From NCBI GenBank assembly GCA_002633005.1, contig NMRA01000027.1, forward strand, positions 1,043,788 through 1,107,787: 64,000 bases of DNA. The letters run 5' to 3'. The notes beneath the pieces are model-generated. The model had not been told where the DNA came from. It saw nothing but the letters and a program-made list of their open reading frames with translations, and ran no database searches. Source of the DNA: Phoronis australis. Taxonomy: Eukaryota > Animalia > Phoronida. A program made the translations under genes and the position numbers. Below are positions 11,401 through 26,400 of the stretch, one piece after another (position 1 is the first letter of the stretch; each line of letters opens with the position of its first letter).

Positions 11401-14400
11401 AATTACGCTTCTTAATTAAATCAGTTTTTGGCCACAATAAGATTAAAAACCTTAAAAACCGGACGATCGCTGCACAAATAAAAAAGTTCATGTCTTGGAA
11501 TGGAGAAAGCGGGCTTACTGTCGCTTCAACTGCCGCTTCAACAGAGTTTGGTCCTAGCGTTTCCAGTTCCTTCTTCAAAGATTGACCGTCTTCTGCATGT
11601 TACACGACGCTACAGTTTCGTCTTCTGCATGTTACACGACGCTACAGTTTCGAGTTGATTATGCGCAGCGCGTGCGCACTCGTGTGATGGAGTCGTAAGT
11701 AGAATAAAAAACACGATTTTTACATCGAGTTCAGTGGGGACCCAACAATAAAAATACCGAGTGGATGATGAAAGCAGTGCTTTATAATCAATTCACGCCA
11801 TAATTTTGGGAGTTTGGTTATTCTGAAAGTTAGCTTCTTGAACCGAATCTCGGTTTCGCTGGTTAGCCGATCCAGAGCTGATCGCCGAGAGCAATGGTAT
11901 GCGATTGGAATCGTATTAAGGTTCAGATACAATAACTTGAGGACTTGTTTTTTATTTGTATCGAGGTATAACTAAGAGTACGAATACTGACTAGGAGTGG
12001 ACTTGGCGAAAACGTGGCTGGCCTTGTAAATATCTAGCTATGTACTAACCTTTAATGTGAATTCTTATGAACCATTAATACCACAGCACGACATTCGTAT
12101 GCGATCGCAAACTTGATTGATATGAGTTTTTACAAGAAATCTTATTACGAATTATGATCAACCATATTTGCCAATGCAAAAATGCGAAAAAACGTGGGTT
12201 CCCCCTTTTAATTTGTCGTTTCAAACTCTATGTCGAAAATTTACATTTCGTGGAACCCTATTGATTTCTGGTGAAATTGGCTTGCGGCAGACTTTGAGAC
12301 AATGTAAAATCAATGACAATTTAACGCTTTCACGTGTCTTTCCAGATGTTGGATTTTGTTCAAAGATAAACACTATATTCCATCTCCAACTAAGAGTATG
12401 TATGAGTTTTCCCTAGTTCTGATTGAACTACTTCATAATCTCGCATTTTAATAGCACACTGACCCTTGTGACCTTTTTTCACCAATGTCAATAATAACAA
12501 GTTTTGGGGGATCTTGGACAGTGGCTGGAAATCATGGCCAGTAGAGCGTCTAAGAATTCAAGTTTGGCGAGCGATGCCAATCGGGCTTGATTAGTAACCG
12601 ACACTGTAAGTCACATTTGTCGATTTTAGTTATTGTAAAATAGCACATTCTGCATGGAAAGTTTTTACCTGGGTAGAGTTCAGTAGTTGTCTCGCGGCTA
12701 GAAAAATCTAGTCAAAATCACTTGTTCTCATTTAAAATACACGATAATATCACGCAAAGTCTTGATTTTTAGCGAGGTCTAAGCGTAGGTCCTAGCGTTA
12801 CTGAACTCTACCCAGCCATCAGCATGCACACTGGAACACCCGCATCCCGACAGTCTCGAACCATACACTTGAATTAGATGAATCCCGTTATGATCGTATT
12901 TCCAAAGTTCGGTCGCGTTTTGATCAAAATTGGGCTCATCATATGGATATTGCATCATTCCTCTCAGATTCAGACACCGCTGACTTCGATTTGATTTTAT
13001 ATAATTCTAAAATCTGCAAACAAAGGCGCTGAATTAAAAAAATGCAAGTTTATAATCGTTCTTTGTTTACTGACAAAACATTTGTTGTCATTTAGAAGAA
13101 ACAGCTCGGCCATAGACACTGTTTAACGATAAAATACAAAATTTTACGTTCCCAAGGAATGTTTTTGATCAGCTCTAGGTAACCCAAGAAATTTAATAGA
13201 TTTTGAAGAACCGATGTCATTCAATTTACAGTCATAAGCAGCAAAACTCTCACAGAAAATGTTTATATTTACATTTCAGCAACGTGTTTTCTTCTAAATT
13301 TTGGTTACTTACCTAATCCAACGAAAGGCGGTACAAGTATTAATTGCATTCAAAATGGCTGGATGTGAGCACCGATCTCACTTCGTAATAAATACAAATA
13401 GTTCACATTCGATTTTCCATGTGTGCGGGGTGCGTAATTCAGTTATTTTGCCTCTTTGCAGATACATGTATAATAACAAGCACACATTTTCGTCTCTTAC
13501 AGCAACTTTGAGATAAAGTTTAACTTGAGATGGTCCACATACACTTTGTTATATGTATTGCGAAACAAACGTGTAACTGGTTGGATGTACAAACAACAGT
13601 GCATTTCCTTCATGCGCGCACCCAGCCTTCAATTTGGGGGGCTCGAATTCTTGACGCCATGGACCTTATCCTAACAAAACAGCGGGCGGACTAAAGAAAA
13701 AAAATAAAATAAAAAAATAAAAACGGGAGCACCACTGTGAAGTGCGCGTTCACGCTTATTTAGTGGTCTTTTGTCCAGTTATTTCGGACATTTTGTCGCT
13801 CAGAGGCGGAGCTTTTTGCCTACTTCGCCAAATGGGAGGGGCTCCCTCGTTCCAACTATACAAGTAATTCTCGTGTTTCTCGTGTCACAACTGCTTTGAT
13901 TTGTTACCACTGATTACGTTTCCCAGTAGGTGGTGTTCTGGCATTTTTGAATTTCAGGACAAGGTATAGAACCGCCTACAGACAGAATACTCGATCTAGA
14001 TGCTGCTCCGGATACAGAGACAACGGCAGAAACTATTGTTCACGTAAAAGTTCCTTTTTTTCTGTCACAACCTACATGAATAATTACTGTACCATGTTTT
14101 TTCAAGCCAGGGCGTTGAGATAAGGAATTGGATAGTCACTGGCGTTGTTATCACTCTGAATAAAGGGACAGTGACTTTGACCGTGGTATGTCATTGAAAC
14201 TTCCACGAAAATTACTTGGGAGTTATACGCTATCTTATACACTTTTTACTGCTGTTAAACGTCAATATCTCTACCTTTGCATCACATTTTCGTACATCAC
14301 GCATGTAACTCTCACAAAGTATCAAAGTTTGGGAAAATTCATAATTCTTTCGAAGCGATGCTTAATCGGCATGTTTGACTAACGTTTCGGGCGAAGTAGT

Positions 14401-17400
14401 GTATGGCTGCGCGGATCCGGCGCTCACTTATGCCAAATCACGAAACAAACTTTGTGATAAGAACGCACGTAACTCAGGTGATGCTTTTATTGTACAATAC
14501 CTATTGAATGTATTCCTTGAAACTATGTTTTGCCCACTGGATACAGAATTTTCTCTTTTTTCTGTAATAGCGCTGTGCTTCGGTTCCTTCACCTGTCCAA
14601 ACGGGGGAACTTGTTCGAGGCCTAACTACTGCACATGCCGAGCAGGCTACTACTCGCCCCGATGCAACGGTAGGTGTCGCTCCTCACTAACTAGCCACAT
14701 CAAATCCGTTACTACTCGCCATGATGCAATTAAAAATAAAAACAACTGTAGATGAGGCGATACAAAGTAACTCAAAGTTCTGACACGAAAGATGTATGCT
14801 ACTTTTTCACCAATTTCTTCAATAATGTGTTGAAGCCATCGTTATCGTTCTAATGAGGTTTATAGCCAGCCAGAGCCCTGCTGTGTATTAGCTTGTACAT
14901 AAGGCGGCAACTTATGCACAGTCAAGATCAGATCGATAGCTATTTCAGTTTTAATGGCGTGAATGGCGTTGATATGACGGTGGTGCCGATCATGCTGGTG
15001 ATGGCGTCGTGGTAGGTTGTGACAGTGACCATGCCATGTTTCCTTTAGCTTGCCCGGTCAACGACATTGCCAATTGTGCCAAAATGACATGTTCTTCGGG
15101 GCCGTCAAACAAGAGATGCATTGAATGTACGCTACAGTCGCCGGCAGGTGGAGCCTATCATTTGACAAACAACAGATGTTTGAGTAAGTGCAATTTTATT
15201 TACTTTTAAAACACTATAGAACAACTATATATTCCACCAAGGGCTACAATCTATTGTAACCATATTTAGCAAGTTATAGGTGTTAGGTTGCCATTATCAT
15301 CTGAAAGTCTGTGGACAGTTCACGTTAAATGCAGCTGATAGTGACGGCGGTGTGTAATTCCGTTAGCAATCATTGCAACAGTACAATATCCTACAGATTG
15401 TGGAACCTGTGTGTACCAAGGAAAATATTTTCACAGCCGGTTAAGTGATATACTTCTGTCTCGGACTTCTTTTCGTCGTTCATCATCATTTATTCCCCAA
15501 TCCTAGAATCCACCTTTGTGATAACAAGTGTCGTGTTTTGCTAGTCAAGAACCTTCTATTTTTACTTGTTTTTAAAGCTAAGTGCTCCTGGCTTACAACA
15601 AGACGGTGCTGGCCTGGCACGTGCAACGACAGGGGTTTGGTAACGTCTTGCACTTGTTCAACAGGATTTAGACGCGCAGGAGGAAACAATTGTGATTGTA
15701 AGTACTTTGAAAATGAATTACGCGGTTCACCTTAGAAGAGTAGTCAATAGATAGGTACACATATATAGCAAGGGAAGAAAGAGAACACCATGTGTATCAT
15801 ATGGCGAAACTTTCTAAACACATCGAGTTGATATATATATTTTTTATTTCATTCTTTAACGATGTTTGATGGCAGAACATTGTCTTTCACTTTGCTTTGT
15901 AGTGTATACCGTGTTCCCCAGTTTGCTCACGTGCACCACGAGAGCTGTGAGTTCAACCAACGAATATGTAGACTCGAAGACTCCAGCTGGACAAACGTCC
16001 TCCTGTAGAAACCAACAGGATTACTCCAGCAATTTCCCACCGACCAGCGTCCGTTACACCTTTACGTTCCAGTTCAAAGTTGACGGTTTGCCATCCAAGC
16101 CTAGATGGATCTCAAACTATCACTTTGGTATTGTGGCTGCGTACACCCAAGTCATAACCTATAGGCAAAATGGTTAGTAATGTTCAATTTGAACAAAAAG
16201 CAATTTTTTAGGGTCTGCGAACTAAACTTTTGCACTATGGAAATGGAAGACGAAGTCCGCACGTAAATGTTTATATCTCTTGAGGAATCCATGGCGTTAA
16301 TTGATTGAAATTTGAGTTGCCAATGATTTGCAGTCATTTCTACTGACATAGACAGTTTGTCTGGCAAGTGTGGTGCCGAGTATGCCTGTATCCTTGTCGG
16401 CTTCAGATGTAAATGTTAGTTAAGCAACTCATTTGGCGTCATAGAGCAGTCTTGTGCGACCAACCAGAAATGGGACAAGTGATTTTATTTCGCTGAATTA
16501 CCATCTGAATTAATCGGCATGCCTGAATTAGGGAATTAAACCTTGATTTCATATAATTAGTTTCTACATTAAAATGGATGAATCGATACTGTCTGAAAGT
16601 TTGTAGATATCTGCATGGTGGACGTCGGTAATACATGTCCTTGCGTGTCTCGGATGTTCATATTCAAAACCGATTTGATGCTGATCTTCTGTTTGGCCAC
16701 GAAATAAGCTTATTTTGGGTTCGTTCTGCTGAGCGGATCACTTGCGAATAAAACACGACCACGCAACATTAAGCAAACACATTTGAATGTAGATAAATGT
16801 GCTTAAACTTGGAGAAACATATTTGTGAACACTGACAAACGACTGCTACTGAAACGATTGGTCGTCGAGGTGGGGTTCTTGAATTATGGCGTTAGATTGA
16901 CAGTGGAGTAATCGTTAAATTTTCGTCAGTCAATATTTTTGCCCTGAGTGTTTTGAGTGTCTATTGCTGTGGAACGCTCGTCGGGTAAGTGGTCTAGCTA
17001 ACTCATGGTGCCGAAAGTGTGTGACACGCAAAATTGCGATGACCGAGTGTTTGTGGTTTTAATTTGGTGGTTTAACGATGCCTCCCTGCTTAGAAATGCA
17101 TATACTATATTACTGTTTGCAGAAACTGCAGGGCAATGCTTCCAGGACTCCAGTAGCAGCCGCGTACTTCCATTCATGGCATACGGATCCCATATACAGA
17201 GCACTGTAGAAACATGTATTGCGGCATGTCGCAATAGAAGATACGCTTACGCAGGTGTTGAATCTTCGGAGCAGTGTTTTTGTGGGAACTCCCTCGATAA
17301 ACAACGTCAGAGGCCTCAGTCTGAATGCAACACCAAGTGTAGAGGAAGTGACGACATGTGCGGCGGATCATGGAGATTGAACGTTTATTCTGTCTGTAAG

Positions 17401-20400
17401 TAGGCTAGTAAACTCGACTGCTTACCCAAGCATAACCAATGGTCGTATTTACATTTTCTAATGTCAACTTCAAACATGGTGTGGCTCCTTAACGTTAGAA
17501 AATTAACAGTAAAGCCTTAAAATTGATCTACCAGCCAATCTTATTTTAGGAGTAATGTCTTAAATTGTGGACACAAGGTAAAATACTTCCACATTTTCCA
17601 GAACAGTGGTTTCTATGTGTTCCACTATGCTGCCGTTGTTGGTGCTCGAAATTTGGTTTTTGCGAAGTCAATGGTATCAATCCAAAATTAGTTGTTGAGA
17701 GAGGCCCGTTCTGATCGATTTTCAGCTGCAAACACTGGTCCATTGACGGCACTAGCAGGTTGTACTCGCAGTTATGGCACCACTTACAACAGGATACAAG
17801 CATCGGCGATCACGTGCGCAAGTAGCAAGGCCTTTTCAGGAATTGCCTTGCAGAACGGATACAAGTGAGTTCCCATATCTTGAACAAAGCGTGTAGAATA
17901 AAAATGATGATCCGTACTTGGATTGTGTGCTCCATTGATTTTTTATTTTCACACTTACAACAGCGTGGTTGTCACACTAATATGTCTTCGGCAGGCTCAG
18001 TCGCATATCCAATACGGAATATTTGGGACTACAGAAATTACAGACGTTTAATCAACATTTCATGGTAAAACATATCTATGGACTCACCGAGAAATACATT
18101 GTCGGATTACTTGTATACAACCAAATTTATTACTTGTTCGATGAAGTCGCTTTCATAGTCTAAGGAGTTCGAGCGGTAAGTGAGGGTCTAGTTATATCGA
18201 AAATGATGTCATACTTTCGAGTGCCTAAAGAATAATCCCAATCAAATGCCATCAACCGATTAGGTTTTGAAAGTCTCCTATCCCAACTTAGTCTGACTGT
18301 AAGAAGTACGGATAGTTTGCAAGGCATGGTATACATAGATTTGATGTGAAATTACAGGTACATGGATTGTTTTTCCAGATATTGCATGCGGTATGAAGCG
18401 AGAGGCGGTGGTTTTTACAAAACTAAGAACCTCGTGAACAACGTCGTCTCAGGACCATATTACCACTCACACGTCTTAAACTCTAAGACAGTTTGCATGC
18501 TTTATGATATTGTGCCACCTATCCACTGTTCCCAAACATCAAGCTGCTCTGCATCCGCACCTTACAGAGTAGATCCAATCGGTATTGAAAACAGAATCAC
18601 AAAAGCGTCTAACGTTACGATAACTTACGGTGGTTGGACGGACCCCGTAGTCACATCCGGGTTTCACAACTCTGCGTCTGGCGTGGAACATTTAGAGTTC
18701 GGCATTTATAACATGATCGAAAAATCAGCCAACCTCATTGCAGTTGGTAGCAAAATCGGCAATAGCACGAAAGTGTCCAACGGTGAAGGATCGATACAAT
18801 TCACCTTACCCGGACAGGGATTGTTTGCCGTAATTGCAGAAGTCAAAGACATTGCCCACAATGTCAGAAGGGCCAGACGCTTCGTGCTTTATGATCCAAT
18901 GTCAAAAGTTGTTGTCAGTAGCACGCATCCGTTAAGGGTGACGTCTACCGCTGCTAACACGAATTATCTTTGGCAGACGAACCTTGGCAGAATAACAATA
19001 CAATGGGTTCAACATTTCCACAACGATTTCCACGTTCATAACAACATGCTTCGCCGTATTCAGTCTGACAGTTCAGTGTCTGGGTATTACGACCAAACTA
19101 CAGGCGATATCCCGGTGTCTGGGACTCCGAATGTTTACGGAATTATTGAATTTAAGTATGGTTTTGATTTATTTGAAAGCAAAGGGATTCCATCGATGTC
19201 CCTTGTGACTCCACCACTGTCAACATCAATGAGTATCACGCCGAATATGCAAGATGGTCGACAATACAGAATATGGGTGCAGGCTAAGGATGTCATGGGA
19301 AACACACTTGTAGACAACACGACGGTCTGCGTTGATTCTACACCTCCAATCATTTCTGATGCTGGCATTGTCAATAATGGCAAGAAGGCGTTATTTGTTC
19401 ATGGTGACTCTGACCTGTCGAAGATGACCTTTGAATTTAAAGCCATGGACAGCCATAGTGGCCTTCGCGAAGTAAAGTGGAAACTTGGGACATCGACATT
19501 AGGCACCGACCTAAGCGAAGGTTCACTTCCAGTCATGAAGGTAAGTTTGCTGGTCACTCTGGGCCACCTCCCTCCGATCATGACATGAAGGAGAGTTCCT
19601 TCAAAAACCTTTGACCTCGTCACCTGTGTAAACCGACAAAATTCATCATAATTGTTAAACAGACTCTGAGTCTTTCAGGCCACTTGTCGTCTTTGATTCG
19701 TTAAAGAACTCTGTAACAAGATTATAAAATAACCAACTTACATTTCAAGAAATCGTGTTGTTGCTATAGATCTGAATTTTGATTTTGATTTTGATTTTGT
19801 TATAAACGCCAAGATAATACTTAATCTTCGAAGCAAAGCAAGGCTTTGTAAACCTTCACCAACCCTTGAAAGTTTGATTCAAATTTGACAATTCCTTACA
19901 AACTGTGCTACGTCAACTTCACGCGACTAACATGCCGGGTGAGTTAATGGGCGACTGCATGGAGAGGCCGCACACAGTGAACATCAGATTCCGCTTTGAT
20001 GCACACCCCGCACAAATATTTATTCCGACAATGCTTTCATGTTTCTAGGGAATCATTGAACATACGATAGGAGTTTTTGAATGAGATTTTGGGTAAAAAA
20101 CGAAAACATGGTTTAATAAACAATTTCAACCATTATCGAGTAGCTCGATTGCACGATTCCCCGAGCACGCTGACCAGACACTGAAGGTTTTAGCTTTGGC
20201 CAAGAGTGAGGGATATTGCATTACAGAGTCATGCAGTGTCCCTTTTTGAGGGAAGTTTTCTGCCCAGAAGTCGTACGTGCGCGCACTTGAAAACAACTAA
20301 CGTATGCTGAGGTACATAATAGTCATGAGAATAAGTAACAACCTCTGAATACAAAGAAAACAGAAAGCACATACATGTATTTACTGGAAAATCCGAATTC

Positions 20401-23400
20401 TAATCCTACAAAATCAAAGACTGTTTAAAAATAATTTCATGCGGTGTTACGAATGGGCTTGGATTGCAACGGGTCAGATTTATTTCGGTTCGATTCGGTT
20501 TATGTTCTCCCTGAATTCTTGGTTGTCGCGATTCAGGTCATAAGAAGTGCATAAAACTTCTCAATTAGTTACTGCAAATCAATAGTATCAGATTTGTCTT
20601 TTGCTCCCTCATGAACCATCTTTTTACTCTAGAATACTTATTCTAGGTAAAAACACGTCTGTAGCTACAAATAACTGCTACTGTGACCCTTCACAACATT
20701 ACGAGGCTCAACGTCTGCAACAATAGTTGGAATGGTGTCCAGCTCTTTTCAACTTAAATTCAAAACTATGAACGTGATGCATTATGAGCCCTAAATTTGA
20801 CTTCTAGTTATGTTGTTATATTTTTGTAGGTTGCCAATTCTGCTCCCGACAGTTATTGTCCGTTAGCGAGCCTCGCCGGGTCCTACTGTGAAACCTTCCT
20901 GTACCGCATAGACCTTTACCACTTAGTTGCGAGCAACACACACCAGGCAAACCACAACCGAGAATACTATTTCACATTGACAGCAACAAACAACGCCAAG
21001 CTTTCCAACAATCCAGTCAGTGTTAAGATTCTGGTTGACACCTCTCCTCCTACAGTAGGCGTGGTTTTGGACGGAGACTCCTCCCAGGACGCCGAGTTTC
21101 AACAAGATTATGACTTAAAGGGTACTTGGCATGGCTTTTTGGATCATGAGAGTGGCATTTACTTTTACAAGTATGCGTTTGCTCAAACGTGTCTCACCCA
21201 AGAAGAACTGATAAATAATTCTACTGTTACAACTGAGACAAGTGGAGGTGGTGTGGCGACTAAAGATGGCAAGTATTATTTGAGTGTTGTGGCTTATAAC
21301 GGAGCCAATGAGCCGTCCGATGTGGTGTGCTCAAATGGAGTTTTAGTTGACAAGACAGCGCCGCAGATCACCGACTTTTATCTGCATGGTTTATTTGTCC
21401 AAACTGGTATTGCATGCGACAACGGTGCATTCTGGTATGTCCTTAACAACTTCACCAGAGTGTCTCTAAGCAACGTAGATCCATGCAAGACAAAGTGTTC
21501 TTCATCCAAATATTTTGACGTACTTCTCGTCCCAAAACTCGTAGACAACAATGGCACCACAGTGGCCTATGGCCGTGACAGGAGTCTTAAAATCTGCAAA
21601 GACAAGCCACTCTTTGACTTGTCCTGGCCAAAGTTCTTAGCTACTGATCACATTCGTCTTCGATGGAATTCAACCCAAAAAACACCAATTCACGACTACC
21701 TAGTAGGTGTAGGTACTATCCAACCACCACAAGTATCCACTCATGGCGCGCGGTTCTATAATGTCCTCAGGTCCGGAATTGACCAAGGACAGCAGCTAAA
21801 CATTTTGTTAACAGCGACTACTAAAGCTGGAACGTCTTCTTCCTTGCTATTTGGACAGATATTTGTCGATGAAACTCCACCAATAATGTCTGGACAGTTT
21901 ATTGTGGACATGGGGTCGAAAGATTGCGATCCTTTGACTGTGTCATGGGCTTCTGGCGCATTCTATGATGCTGAATATCAAAACGGAATTGGACTCTATC
22001 AATACGCCATAGGTACGTGTGAACTTCTTTGATGCTACAGTTCTAATACAGGAGAATCACCACTTTCCATTGTAAGTGACTGAGATTAGCGTTACGTTGA
22101 GACAACAAGAAAAACCGCATTGACACATAAAGACGGGTATAAAAACAACGATGGAATAACATGAAGTGTCTCCCCATTAAGCAGTTAAGATGAAATGTGG
22201 CCAATCTCTCGTCAACGTAGAATAACTCGGTTGCTCATATAAAGGTAAAGCGTGTTTAAGTTCAATTATTATTGAATACATTTTGCCAATAGCAGAAACT
22301 ACATGATCGTATTCTTTTGTTTTCCAGGTACTGAAAGCAACATCCAGGCTGTATCTTCATTTGACAACTTTGTCCCAAAAGTTCATTGTGACAATTTCAC
22401 TTATCTATCTATCGACAAGGGAATTATTTCACAGCACGATGCTGTACTGGGACAAAACTACTTAGTCAGTCTAAAGGTCTTCAACAAAGCAGGTTTGCAT
22501 AGCATTTTTAAATCTCCAACGTTTAATATGGCACCAGAAATCATTCCTGGTACAGTATTCGATGTTCTGCCTGGGAAAACTGAGCAAGACGTTGACTTCT
22601 TGTTGTACAAGGACTATTGCTTAAGTTGGGCAGGTTTTAAGACGCACTATGGTAGTCTTCAATACTCCGTTGGACTAGGTTCTTCCAAGCTCAAATCTGA
22701 TTTGATAAACTATAGACAAGTCGCTGTAGGGCGGCATTATATGTGTTTCGTCACTCCGCCATTAACGTCTGACTTTACAAAAGTTTACGGAACGCTTAGA
22801 GCAACATCTACCATAGGCAATTCCAGTTCAGTAGTTGTGTCTTCCGACGGGGCTCTAGTGGTCAGCGAGTCTGTTCATTTGAGAAATGTCGACGTCTTTG
22901 ACGGACCAGGATGCTTGTCAACTGTTGAAGCTCGTGAAGTCTCGATGGGTCTATTGCTTCAACCATCACAATCTCAATATGTTCGGTTTAGCTATTCTGG
23001 ATTCCTCGGGGCGAGATACACTGTGAAACTGTCGAGTTTAGACGATAGTTCTGATGTGAAAGTGACTCAAATTGGGGCCCAACCAGAGAATACTTTCCGT
23101 AATGCAAAGAATGGTATGGACTTGGCGTTTTTTACATTTGATTGGACGAACATGCCTTACACGTTCACTATCAGCAACACTGGTGACTCCCAGCGTAATA
23201 TAACATCGGTGTCTCTGCTACCATGTGCCGTAGACGACGATTACCAAGCAGGGACAACGTTCTTGACTGGTTATTGGCGAACATCTAGCGACGTACATGA
23301 GAAGGTTTCTCACTACGAATGTTCCATAACTGAAACCGCGTGTACTTTGTTGTCTTGCGATTATGAAGACACTTTCGTTCCTTGGACACCACAGGGTAAA

Positions 23401-26400
23401 CAACAACGCTGTAAATTTAATGGTTTGAAGCTGAAATCTGGAAATAGATACAGGTTACTAATTCGACCATGTTTTCACCACGTCTGTCTGCAGGAATCGG
23501 CGTCAAATGGGGTAAAGATTACACCAGCTCAAGCAAATGTCGGTGCAGTAACTGCAAACGTTTACCTTAATGCAAGTTTTGATTCATACGCGGCTGAAAC
23601 ATTTGTTCATTGGCAGAGGTTTGTTGTCATGAACGGTGCTCTTAAAGAGCACGTTCTGCGCTACGAATGGACCTTGTCGTCAAGTTCGTCTGCCAAAGAT
23701 GCTCTAATGTCGTGGAGACCTGTGTATAATAAAACGGAGGTAAGCTAGCGTTGGTCACTTTCAGTTATAAGTCCTCACTTAATGGTCACACCACGTACCA
23801 GCATGTATGATCTTGTGTACACCGACCTAGAAAGCAACGCAGCTGCTTCATGCATTAACTCGTAAACAAAGGCGGTAAACTCATATCACCGATTCACAAA
23901 CTCGTGCCCGGACTTACAAATAAGGCACACCGATATCCAACCACGGTGCACGGACGCACAAAACATGGCTTATACTCACCCGTGACCGTGTACCGTGGCA
24001 AGCACCATGCCTTAGTGGAAATGACCAGAGTTTTTGAATCCGTGCAGTGGATTAGGCAGTCGGTGAACCCTGTTTGTGAGTCGATTAATTTACAACTCGT
24101 GAGCTCTGTTCTTGGGAGACTATCTAAGTTGATGAGTACAAGAGACGTGATTTTTCATTCCTGAAAAAGGCCTAAATTACTCCCTTCTTGAGTTGTAATC
24201 AATCTGTAATCAATTGACTAACAACGGAATAATTACAAGAAATTGATTTTTATGTTTTATTTAAGAGCTTGAAACACTTTAGAAATCCACTGAAACTATG
24301 TTCCCTGCCGCGTCGATAGGATTGTTTTCCTTGTTGAAATCGACTGCAGAAACAGGACTACGTAGTTTCTATAAGGTTATATAATTTCTAAACAACTGCG
24401 AGTAAAACAGTAATTGACCCTGTAAAATGTGGGATATTTGTGTTAGAAAATAACATCAAAAACGTTAACTATCCCCTTATGAAAGAAATATAAATTACCA
24501 AGCACTTTTCAATATCTCTTAAGGATTTCGCAATATTTCCTTGGAAGAAGCACAGACTGCAGAAGATGTACCTACTGATGACTGGGTATTCCTTGGCAAA
24601 CGTGGCAACACGCCATGTGAAGACGATCGTTATTGAGAAAGATTCTTCAACAGCCGTGGACATTGCTGTGCATGATCTATCGGAGGCAAGCGTTGGTCGA
24701 TTCAGCGAAGCCGCTCATGCAACAAACATGTTGACTGCGAAACTTGAAGAATTGCATAACGCTGAAGTCGACTTTACCAACATGACAGACAAAGCATACG
24801 CTCTATTCGCTGGTCCATTGTACGATGCATACACTTGGATTTTGACAACGGAAGCGGATCCGAATCTGGATTGCTCAACCAGTCCTCACTGTTTAGCGTC
24901 AGTGAACAACACTCAGAACCATGTAGAGTTTATAGAACAGCTCAATCATGGAACCAAATATTACACTTGCCTTCGGGCGGAGGCTCAAACAAGGCAACGA
25001 ACAACTTCTACAATCGAATTGCCCGAAGTGAGACTGTGTAGTAACGGGTTCGTCATCGACAGAAATCCTCCAATTATCGAAGAATTTTCTCTGTTATCTC
25101 TGAGCAGTGACAACGTTGATGCTCAGTTCAGTAGATTCGATGACATTGTTGAATTCAAGTTTAGATTCAAAGACCTCGAAGACAGTCTCACGGAGTTATC
25201 CTCAGGTGTCAAAAACCATCGCTATTACATTGGTGAGTTAATTCTTTCACAACTTATCAAAACTAATAGTCTAGATTTAAATATGTGCTTTCAGTTATGT
25301 CTTCTGACGTTTCGTCATGAGCTCTTTGTGACAGGCTTTGATGTCTTTGTTCAAACCACAGTTACTCTGGTATCCAAAGTAGATGTATAATAATACGATT
25401 ATCGAGAGTACTGATCAGTCACAGTACGTAACTCCTGAAGAGCTGGAGGCCAACGGCATTAATCTTGCTGAAAATTGGATGGCTAGGTTGTGTTATGACG
25501 ACCGCTTGTGGAACATTCACATCTAGTTGTGCCTATCTTTTGAGGGGTATTTCTGAAACTTAATATATGGATAAGTATTGCAGCGATTTATCGTTCTCAA
25601 TTTTTATGATAGTACTCTTCTATTGACAACCAGTGCCAGACTTAGCATTTTAAGCTTTGTACATGCCAATGTTTCTAAATCTGTTTTGTCATTGGTCATC
25701 GTTTTTGTTTATCTTCATACTAATCCCCACAGCCCTAACTGTTTCGATTCAGTTTCGTCAAGCCTCGACATTGGAACGCGTCTAAGACCTAGAACGGTCG
25801 TCCCAGGGTACACGACCAAAATCGGCTCTAGACTTTTCCAACTATTTACACGATACCAAGACAGACATCATTTCTGGGTCGGATTAAGATAAAATTCCCA
25901 TAGAATACATGGTGCCTCAAAGCTATTGAACAACCTCGAGTGCTTTTTGCGACGATGGCACATTGTTACAGTGACAGATACCGATTAAAGTACCTGGGTG
26001 GCGTGGTGAAGCCAGGAGTGAGTTAAAAACGTTCCAACTCCGCTTGTGATCAGGATTGACTGCATGTCTCCTGAGTTAGCCTGGGTCGTGTTTCTCGAAT
26101 CAAGTATGGGACATCGTCCTTTGTCTTTAGCCAAAAGTCAGAAATCTGGATAAGAGTAGCCAATTTTTTTGCCATTATTTAAAAAGACCAAAGCTCAAAG
26201 TGGAAAAGTATGTATACAACATGAAATCAAAGGATAGAAATTCGTACTCAGCTCGACTTAACATACGATAAAACGTTTTGAGAAAGGTAAGCACAAAAAT
26301 TAACTTTTAGATATTCGTAGACAGATTTCTGACTTTTGTAGCAAGTACGACAAGTAGTCCTACACCTGTAGCTCAACGATGTGGTAGGCCTCGATATAAA

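Noticed and set aside
25300-25345. Minus-strand GACGAAACGTCAG as another hammerhead
   Set aside because: The 3' half fits, but there is no CUGANGA box at the expected distance.
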